Assembly: GCF_008000775.2 (NCBI RefSeq)
Contig: NZ_CP042905.2
Location: 2,880,001-2,912,000, forward strand
Source: Promethearchaeum syntrophicum
GTDB taxonomy: Archaea > Asgardarchaeota > Lokiarchaeia > Sigyniarchaeales > Promethearchaeaceae
Length of the DNA: 32,000 nucleotides
Direction of reading: 5' to 3'
Position numbers and translations under genes: made by a program. The notes under the pieces are model-generated. The model was not told the DNA's origin. It did no database searches and saw only the letters and a list, made by a program, of their open reading frames with translations. Each line of letters starts with the position of its first letter. Positions within the stretch are counted from its first letter, which is position 1. Shown here one piece after another: positions 25,218 through 32,000 of this stretch.

Positions 25218-26117
25218 ATGAAGAAAAAAAAGTCAGACGGTTTAATAGGAGAACAAAAAAATTTAGACAAAGATATTAGAAAAACTTTATCAGGAAACTT
25301 TCTAGAACTTGAAAATGGTACTGTTCATTATCAAATTGGAGGATCTACTGAAGGAGAACCTATAGTCTTAGTGCCCGGTTTTTCTGCTCCCATGTTTATC
25401 TGGGATCCTACATACAATTATCTTATTAAGCAGGGATTTCGCGTTTTACGCTATGATTTGTTTGGTAGGGGGTTATCTGATCGCCCGAAAATCAAATATA
25501 CTGAAGAACTTTTTGATCGTCAACTGCATCAACTCATTGAAAAACTTCAATTTTATAAACATAATAGAAAGATCACTGTAATCGGACTTTCATTGGGAGG
25601 GATAATAACCGTAAATTTTACAGACAATCACCCAGAATTTGTAAAAAGATTAGTATTAATCGATCCTGCAGGATTTCCGACTGGAAAGAAACTCATCCCC
25701 GGAATAATGAAAATTCCTTTTTTAAATAAGATAATATTCAAATATTTTGGATCTAAACGTTTGGTTTCAAAATTGTCTAATGATTTCTTACATCCTGAGA
25801 AATTTCCACAGTTTATTATAAGTTACAAAGAACAAATGCAATATCGAGGGTTTTTACGCGCGATATTATCAACAATGCTCAAAATTGATATGGAATCAGC
25901 TCAATCCACCTATGAAAGAGTCGGAAAAACCAATATCCCAATTCTACTTATTTGGGGAGAATTAGATGAAACAATTCCATATCACGTTCACCAACAAGTT
26001 CGCGATGCAATTCCCCAGATTGAATTCTATTCAATACAAAAAGCTAAACATCTTCCACATTATGAACAATCAGATCAAGTAAATGAAATTTTATTAAAAT
26101 TTTTACGAAAGAATTAG
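25218..26117 (+). CDS. Alpha/beta-fold hydrolase
   Basis: The oxyanion region is VLVPGFSAP. The nucleophile elbow is GLSLGG (GxSxG). The C-terminal His region is KAKHLPHYEQ, and WGELDETIP supplies the Asp. Confidence 0.85.
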   Translation: MKKKKSDGLIGEQKNLDKDIRKTLSGNFLELENGTVHYQIGGSTEGEPIVLVPGFSAPMFIWDPTYNYLIKQGFRVLRYDLFGRGLSDRPKIKYTEELFDRQLHQLIEKLQFYKHNRKITVIGLSLGGIITVNFTDNHPEFVKRLVLIDPAGFPTGKKLIPGIMKIPFLNKIIFKYFGSKRLVSKLSNDFLHPEKFPQFIISYKEQMQYRGFLRAILSTMLKIDMESAQSTYERVGKTNIPILLIWGELDETIPYHVHQQVRDAIPQIEFYSIQKAKHLPHYEQSDQVNEILLKFLRKN

Positions 26118-26163
26118 AACATAGTGGTAAAAACTTTTTTTGACCAGATTCTAATAGAAGTTT

Positions 26164-26808
26164 ATGGTTAAAATTACTTGGATCGGACATGCTAGTTTTA
26201 TGCTCGAATCGGCTGGAAAACGGGTATATATTGACCCATACCAACTTACTGAAGAATATAAAAAATTACCTGCTGATGCGATATTCATTACGCACGATCA
26301 TGGTGATCATTTCGATGAAAATTCCGTTAAGTTAATTTTTAATAAGGAAACTAAGGTTGTGTGCCCCGTAACTTGCAATGGACCAATAGAGAAATTTCAA
26401 GCGAAAGGATTTAGCCCTGGTGGGAAAGGGTCTGCAAGAGGATTTGAATTTCAAGCAATTCGTGCCTACAATCCAGAAAAGAGATTTCATCCAAAATCAA
26501 ATAACTGGCTGGGTTATATAATAAACATAGAAAATCATCAAATTATGCATGCAGGTGATACGGATTATATTCCGGAATATGAGGATCTCAAAGGAAAGGT
26601 AGATATTGCATTATTACCTGTAGGAGACAACTATACGATGGATTTTAATGACGGAATTAAAACGATCGCAGCCATAAATCCTCAATATGTAATCCCAATG
26701 CATCTATGGGATAAAGATCCGAATGAATTTAAAATAATGTCTGAAAAAAAATATCCAAAAACCGAAATCATTATTTTAAGTGAAACTGACAATGTATTTG
26801 AACGATAA
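26164..26808 (+). CDS. MBL-fold metal-dependent hydrolase (UPF0173-like)
   Basis: The N-terminus is MVKITWIGHASFMLESAGKRVYIDPY. The metal motif is ITHDHGDH, and later blocks are MHAGDT and PMHLW. Confidence 0.85.
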   Translation: MVKITWIGHASFMLESAGKRVYIDPYQLTEEYKKLPADAIFITHDHGDHFDENSVKLIFNKETKVVCPVTCNGPIEKFQAKGFSPGGKGSARGFEFQAIRAYNPEKRFHPKSNNWLGYIINIENHQIMHAGDTDYIPEYEDLKGKVDIALLPVGDNYTMDFNDGIKTIAAINPQYVIPMHLWDKDPNEFKIMSEKKYPKTEIIILSETDNVFER

Positions 26809-26865
26809 ATTTTTTGTTTTATTTTTCCTTATTTAAAATTAACTATAAAACTGATTTGAAAAGCA

Positions 26866-27897
26866 TTGAAATTAGGCTCGATTGAACTTCCAACTGATTT
26901 ATTACTAGCACCTCTAATGGATGTAACTACTCCTAGCTTTAGACAACTAATATGTGATCTGGGGGGAGTTGGTTTAGTTGTTACCCCTATGGTATTTGTA
27001 CAACAAATTGCATTAGCCCCAAAAACGGTCTTACCTCATTTAGAGCACATTGAAAATCAGTCACCAGCTTCTGTACAAATCGTTGCAAGCGGTCGAAATG
27101 AAGAACACATTAAAAAAGCTATAGATTTTTTAAGCTCTTTTCAATTTGACATTCTTGATATTAATGGGGGGTGTCCAGCAACACATACTATGAAAAGTGG
27201 TGGTGGTGGAGCACTTCTTAGAGATTACCTTAGAGAGGGGAGTATAAGCCGATTTCAGAAAATTATTGAGGCTGCAATTAAATATTCTTCCAGACCTGTT
27301 TCAGTAAAAACTCGATTGGGTTATGAAAAAGAAGAAGAAATCCTTGAGATCTGCAAGATGATTGAAAAATCTGGAGCAGAATTTCTAACAATACATGGAA
27401 GGACAGTAAAGCAAAAATATCAGAGTGAAATTAATTTTGAATTTATTAAACAAGTAAAAAATACAGTTGAAATCCCCGTAGTAGGTAATGGTGATGTAGT
27501 AGATTATGAATCTTATAAAAATATGAAGGATAGAACTGGATGCGATGCAGTCATGATAGGTCGAGCGGTAATGGCAGATCCATTAGTTTTTAATAAAATT
27601 TGGCAACAGCAGAAATCTTCTAAAAATGATTTTAATTTACCTCCCTTCACCGAACGTCATAGTATTGAAAAAATTCGTCAATATTTACTAAAAAATCATC
27701 AGTTTATTGAATCATCTTCTCAATTTTGGAATACAGAGCGCTTTAAATTAGCAGAAATGCGACGTTTAGCAATTTGGTTCATTAAGGGAATTCGAGGGTA
27801 TAAAAAAGTAAGAGAAAGACTTTCCAAATTTAATGATATTCATGAATTGAAATCGTATATCTTTAGTAAATCTTTTGAAGAAGACTTCGTTCTATAA
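26866..27897 (+). CDS. tRNA-dihydrouridine synthase (Dus) family flavoenzyme
   Basis: The TTG start lies 2 codons after an in-frame TGA. The family blocks are LLLAPLMDVTTPSFRQL, DINGGCP, VSVKTRLG, LTIHGRT, VVGNGDV and DAVMIGRA. Confidence 0.85.
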   Translation: MKLGSIELPTDLLLAPLMDVTTPSFRQLICDLGGVGLVVTPMVFVQQIALAPKTVLPHLEHIENQSPASVQIVASGRNEEHIKKAIDFLSSFQFDILDINGGCPATHTMKSGGGGALLRDYLREGSISRFQKIIEAAIKYSSRPVSVKTRLGYEKEEEILEICKMIEKSGAEFLTIHGRTVKQKYQSEINFEFIKQVKNTVEIPVVGNGDVVDYESYKNMKDRTGCDAVMIGRAVMADPLVFNKIWQQQKSSKNDFNLPPFTERHSIEKIRQYLLKNHQFIESSSQFWNTERFKLAEMRRLAIWFIKGIRGYKKVRERLSKFNDIHELKSYIFSKSFEEDFVL

Positions 27898-27901
27898 ATT
27901 A

Positions 27902-28807
27902 TTATTTTTTCCTTGTGTCTTTTAATATTAATTCCATAGAGCGAAATAAGGTATGAATTAATTCAGGCTGAATAGAACTGAAGGTAGCTTTTATATTCAG
28001 ATCTTTCTCTAAAATTTGTTTCACTTTGAGAATACTATCTTTATCTGGGTCTGAAAGTAAGTCGATCTTATGGCAAAAAGCATAAATTTTTGAATTGGGA
28101 GGGGAAATTACTTCTTTTGTCGAAATTATTTTTTTAAGATTATCTATGACTTTTTCCGACTGTTCTTTCCAATTGATTACATCAAAAACATAAATTATGA
28201 TATCAGACCCTTCAAAAGCTCTTAATTGTTCCTCATTTCCATCCGATACATATGAATCGAACTCTTGACCACTGGAATCAACAATTCCGATACTTGCATT
28301 AAACCAGGAATATATAAAATGGACTAAACCTCTAGTCGGCTCAGGAGATGAATCGCCCAACAATTCTTTTGGATCTTCTTTATCAAAAATTGATTTCTTT
28401 ATGCTAGTTTTACCAGCAGAAGGAAATCCAATAAATAATAATTTCTTAGCTTCACTTTCACTAAAAAATTGGCGCGCAAAAACTTCAAATTTTGCATATC
28501 TCTCTTGTTTGTTATTCTGGTAAAAATTTTCTATATTATTCAGAATAAAATCGATAAATTCTTTTTTCTGTGGAACTTCGTTTGGTGAAAGAATTAACGC
28601 AATAATTTCATTTGATTGATGTAAATCGATTTCTTGTGATAATATCAAAACAAGCTTATCTCCGTAATTATATTCTAAAATCTCATTCAATTTAGCTCCA
28701 GATTGCATGAAGAATTGTGTTATTTTATGTATTAACCCCCGTGAAATTTTAAACGATTTCGGATAAGAACTTTTTATTTCGCTTTTTATATCGAATTCTT
28801 CAGACAT
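27902..28807 (-). CDS. Rag/Gtr1-like small GTPase with an extra ~120-aa N-terminal alpha/beta domain
   Basis: G1 is GFPSAGKT (residues 127-134), G3 is DSSGQ (176-180), and G4 is HKID (246-249, the Rag-type HKxD). Blocks [42 protein letters not shown] and [16 protein letters not shown] parallel RagA/Gtr1 as I recall them. Confidence 0.8.
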   Translation of the reverse strand: [301 protein letters not shown]

Positions 28808-28860
28808 AGAATTTTCAAGTAATACTGCTCCTAATGGTATTTTTATCCCTCCATAATTTT

Positions 28861-30939
28861 CTAAACCAAATCCGCCATTATTTCTGATAAAATTTTCTTT
28901 CGTAAGAATTCAAGGAAACCTTTATCGATTTCGGCTATAGTTTTTAATGTTCTAGTTTGTTCTTCAAAAATGTTCTTCACTTTTTGACGATCATAGAAAA
29001 AAGGTATTAAGTTTTTTGTAAAAACTAAACAAAGTAAAGTATATGATTGTTGATGAGTTCTTTTCTGAATTTGAGAGGGATCATCGATAATCAAGGTATA
29101 TATAATAGATCTGAGCTTTTTATCACCAAACGGTAAAGGTCCAAACAATCCTTCGTGATATTGAATACCTTGCCCAAGAGCGATTGAATAAAGACTTCCA
29201 ATCATTAAAATATTTTTATTCCAAGCCATATCGTTTGTTTTTACGTTTTCTTTTTCTAGTATAACAGGACCTAGATTCTCATCAATTTTAAATGAAACAA
29301 AAAAGGTGTCTGCTAAATCCTCCTCAGAAATCACACTTTCAACGTAAGATGCAGTGGTTGCTTTTAATTCTTCTAAAGCATAACTGAGAATTATATGATT
29401 TAGTTGAGATTTTGGAGAATTAGATGATTTTTTTGCACTAATAACCAATAATTTCTCTTGGACATTTCTAGATTTAAAATCCATTTCATGGGATTGGGCA
29501 AGTTGAATAGCTTCAGTCAGGGTTTTTTCGGCATTTTCTTGTTCATCTTGAGATGAATAAAGTAATCCTCGAATTATAAGGGCATTAATATAATTTGGGA
29601 TCAATTTTTTCTCTTTAGCTAATTCCATTGCTTCAGATATAAAAGATATTGCATCGTTATAATTCTGAAAATCAGTTGAATTATGTAGATAATTTACCAA
29701 AAAAGTTTGTGCTAAGAGCATTTTACACGTAAATTGAAATATAATATGATTTATTTTCACAGAATGCCATAGTGCCTCATTTAAAGACATTTCTGCTTCA
29801 TTAAAATCCAGTTTATTCAAACATATCCGACCCCGTTGAATTAGCACTTGTGCATGCCCAATTTCTGAATTTCTTTCTCGTGATAAACGATCCGCTTGCT
29901 TTAAGTATTTATAAGCTTCATCAGTTTGACCCATCCCTTCGTGTATTTCTGTAAGCAAAGTTAAAATTTCTATCTCTGCATCGCTTGCCCCTGTTTTATT
30001 AACTAATTCTAGTGCTTCTCTTATAGTTTTTTTGGCTTTTTGAAATTGACCCTGTACTAACCAATAATTTGCTAGAGTTTGTAAAGCTAATATTTTTCCT
30101 TGAGGATCATAAAAATCTTCATATATTTCAAAAGCGGAGTTCAACATCTGATATGCTTTTTTTAATTCACCCAGATCAATCCAATAATTTGCATAACTTA
30201 CACTCATGGATGCAATATTTGCTACATAATTCAATTTTTTCGCTAATTCTAACCCTTCTTCTAAATGTTTGAAACCTGTGGTATATTCACCCATAAGCCT
30301 CAGTGCATCAGATATGTTACTTTGAAAAGAACATACTCCCCGATAAAAATTCAATTTTTTCGCTTTTTCAATACTTAATCTTGAAAATTTGACAGATTTT
30401 TCCATTTCTCCTCTTAATAAATAAATTAAAGCACTATTTCCAAGAGCCATTGTATACATTATGGTTTCCTTATTCTTGGTAAGTCTCATTGTATTCTTGT
30501 AACGTTCCAAACTTTTAACAAATTCACCCTTTGCAAAATAAAGGCTTCCAAGACAGTTGTTAGCTTGAGCTTCTTTTTCAGGTAAAGATAATTTCTTAAA
30601 AATCTCTATTGCTTGCGTACAATTCGAAATTCCTTCACCTAAATTGCTTGAATAAATATTACAAATTCCTTTTCCAAGCATTGCCTCAGCGATTTCTCTT
30701 TGAAAATTATGGACACTGGCTTTTTTCAAAACTTCCTCATAAAGTTTAAGAGATTCATTGATTTTAGTTTGTGAAAAAAGTGAATATGCAAGAGAAATTT
30801 TGATTTGAAGATCTTCTCGATTACTGTTATCCTTTGCTAGAAGCTCACGTAAAGTGATTTCACTTTGTTGTGGATTGCTGACTACTAATTCCCTTGCTTT
30901 TTCCAATTCAATTGAGAGTTTCTTTTGTTTTTCTGGCAA
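28861..30939 (-). CDS. TPR-repeat protein (~500 aa of TPRs) with a C-terminal ~148-aa longin-like alpha/beta domain
   Basis: The 692-aa ORF starts at TTG. An in-frame TAA lies 8 codons upstream, and no ATG is available. It has many 34-40-aa A/G/Y-patterned helical repeats, for example ALGNSALIYLLRGEMEKSVKFSRLSIEKAKKLN and VCSFQSNISDALRLMGEYTTGFKHLEEGLELAKKLN. The C-terminal domain begins TFFVSFKIDENLGPVILEKEN. Confidence 0.85.
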   Translation of the reverse strand: MPEKQKKLSIELEKARELVVSNPQQSEITLRELLAKDNSNREDLQIKISLAYSLFSQTKINESLKLYEEVLKKASVHNFQREIAEAMLGKGICNIYSSNLGEGISNCTQAIEIFKKLSLPEKEAQANNCLGSLYFAKGEFVKSLERYKNTMRLTKNKETIMYTMALGNSALIYLLRGEMEKSVKFSRLSIEKAKKLNFYRGVCSFQSNISDALRLMGEYTTGFKHLEEGLELAKKLNYVANIASMSVSYANYWIDLGELKKAYQMLNSAFEIYEDFYDPQGKILALQTLANYWLVQGQFQKAKKTIREALELVNKTGASDAEIEILTLLTEIHEGMGQTDEAYKYLKQADRLSRERNSEIGHAQVLIQRGRICLNKLDFNEAEMSLNEALWHSVKINHIIFQFTCKMLLAQTFLVNYLHNSTDFQNYNDAISFISEAMELAKEKKLIPNYINALIIRGLLYSSQDEQENAEKTLTEAIQLAQSHEMDFKSRNVQEKLLVISAKKSSNSPKSQLNHIILSYALEELKATTASYVESVISEEDLADTFFVSFKIDENLGPVILEKENVKTNDMAWNKNILMIGSLYSIALGQGIQYHEGLFGPLPFGDKKLRSIIYTLIIDDPSQIQKRTHQQSYTLLCLVFTKNLIPFFYDRQKVKNIFEEQTRTLKTIAEIDKGFLEFLRKKILSEIMADLV

Positions 30940-31255
30940 AATGAACCTACCTAGTGTGGTTTAAGGGGGAGAATCCTTTCAAAGAGAAAGTTGTAATTTC
31001 TCTCAAAATATTCAGTTTTGATTTATTCGTGAATATCATAAAGAGAATTATAGAACAATCAATGCTATTATCGTAATCAAACCTAAAAATTCTACTTTTT
31101 GAAATGAAATTAAGTGGTTTCAAATAATCTGGAAAGTTTTAAACCTAAAACAACACATTGTGAAATTGGCCGAAAATAATCCTTCACTAACATTCGTAAA
31201 TATATTTAAAAAATCTCTTTAATTTTAGTCATGCGTAGAGAATTTGATGTAAACC

Positions 31256-32000
31256 TTAAAGAAAAGCAATTAATAATGCTATGATTGTAATTAAACTTAA
31301 AAATCCTAAACCCAAATAAGAAAACAGGAAGTTCTTAAAATATTTTATTTTGAACTCTATGGCTTCATAAGGGCATAATTCAGCACAGCAATAACATGAA
31401 ATGCATTTTTCTTTATCCCAAATTGGAATAAATTCTCCAATTTTTAATTTCTCAGGAGATGCTAAAGCATCCACTGGACAATTTTTCCAGCAAGTCCCAC
31501 ATAATTGACATTTTTCAACATCTATCTTAATTGTTGATTTGAAAATTTTATCACCAATATATTCAGCTATTTGTCGAGGTAATCGAAGACTAATTGGCAT
31601 AACTCTAGGAAGTTTGAAAGGACGGAAAACAGATTCAATGGTTTGACCTACAATTTTAAATTCATCTAAATCTGAACTCCCAATTCCTTTGGCTACTCCC
31701 TTTTTAATATATTTAACTTTAGCTGGATCTAATCCTATAATTTTACAAACTAAAGTATCCATAGCGACTCCATCATATCCTGCAACAATGATTTTCAAAT
31801 CGTCTACTACATCACCTGCACCAGGCCCATTTCCTTCCATAGCCAAAAATCCATCAATAACAGTTAATTGAGGTTTTGAAACGGAATAAATATCCACTAA
31901 AGCAGAGGCAAATTGGTCAATTGCCGGAAACCGAGCATGTTTTTCTGCCTTTTTAGTCAATATTATTGTTCCAAACATATTTTTAATACAGCAAGTAAGA
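31256..32000 (-). CDS. DUF362-domain protein with a 2x[4Fe-4S] ferredoxin module and a C-terminal TM anchor (N-terminus outside the window)
   Basis: The frame stays open upstream of the track Met, reading ...LTCCIKN-MFGTIIL up to base 32000. The DUF362-like block is VIDGFLAMEGNGPGAGD. The two clusters are CQLCGTCWKNCP and CISCYCCAELCP. The hydrophobic tail is FLFSYLGLGFLSLITIIALLIAFL. Confidence 0.8.
   Translation of the reverse strand, partial: LTCCIKNMFGTIILTKKAEKHARFPAIDQFASALVDIYSVSKPQLTVIDGFLAMEGNGPGAGDVVDDLKIIVAGYDGVAMDTLVCKIIGLDPAKVKYIKKGVAKGIGSSDLDEFKIVGQTIESVFRPFKLPRVMPISLRLPRQIAEYIGDKIFKSTIKIDVEKCQLCGTCWKNCPVDALASPEKLKIGEFIPIWDKEKCISCYCCAELCPYEAIEFKIKYFKNFLFSYLGLGFLSLITIIALLIAFL

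Noticed and set aside
26044-26244. The 66-aa minus-strand ORF spanning the hydrolase/MBL gene junction.
   Set aside because: It overlaps the ends of two well supported plus-strand genes and has no motif.
30069-30272. The 67-aa plus-strand ORF inside the TPR gene, and the 60-aa ORF at 31689-31871 inside the DUF362 gene.
   Set aside because: Both are antisense shadow ORFs.
1-32000. A window-wide look for CRISPR arrays, rRNA, IS elements with terminal inverted repeats, integrases or transposases, and known defence-system genes.
   Set aside because: I saw no regularly spaced direct repeats, no rRNA-like GC-rich blocks, and no DDE, tyrosine or serine recombinase motifs. I also saw no recognisable restriction, Cas or abortive-infection domains apart from the PIN-like ORF.

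Overview
The window is AT-rich (about 30% GC by eye), gene-dense prokaryotic DNA. I support about 30 protein genes and one tRNA-Ala(GGC). I found no rRNA, CRISPR array, integrase, transposase or intact mobile element. Several observations suggest an archaeon, possibly Asgard/Loki-like, but this is inference because I cannot run a search. These are a DRG-type GTPase with a TGS domain, a Rag/Gtr1-like small GTPase, oligo-T tracts after genes, frequent GTG/TTG starts, and a tRNA without encoded CCA. Most genes are housekeeping or accessory: two MFS transporters, an alpha-oxoamine synthase, a PadR + 2TM pair, two GNAT-type proteins, a histidine phosphatase, an MDR reductase + C_GCAxxG_C_C pair, an alpha/beta hydrolase, an MBL-fold hydrolase, Dus, and a DUF362-ferredoxin. 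The best candidate for something undescribed is the co-directional pair at 27902-30939. It encodes a long TPR protein ending in a longin-like alpha/beta domain, followed by a Rag/Gtr1-type GTPase whose extra domain sits N-terminal to the G domain instead of C-terminal. Other eukaryote-flavoured candidates are a multi-pass membrane protein with colinear similarity to the SLC44/CTL choline-transporter-like family (4077-5822) and a membrane-anchored protein with a FYVE-patterned Cys8 finger (11644-12789). A Cys-laddered bactofilin + GyrI-like operon and a radical-SAM + DUF4130 DNA-repair pair are also present. Four ORF-poor stretches (5860-6260, 8620-9660, 18910-19510, 20940-21600) contain decayed gene remnants and an orphan tRNA 3' fragment. 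All family calls come from motif recognition by eye, and no database search was possible.
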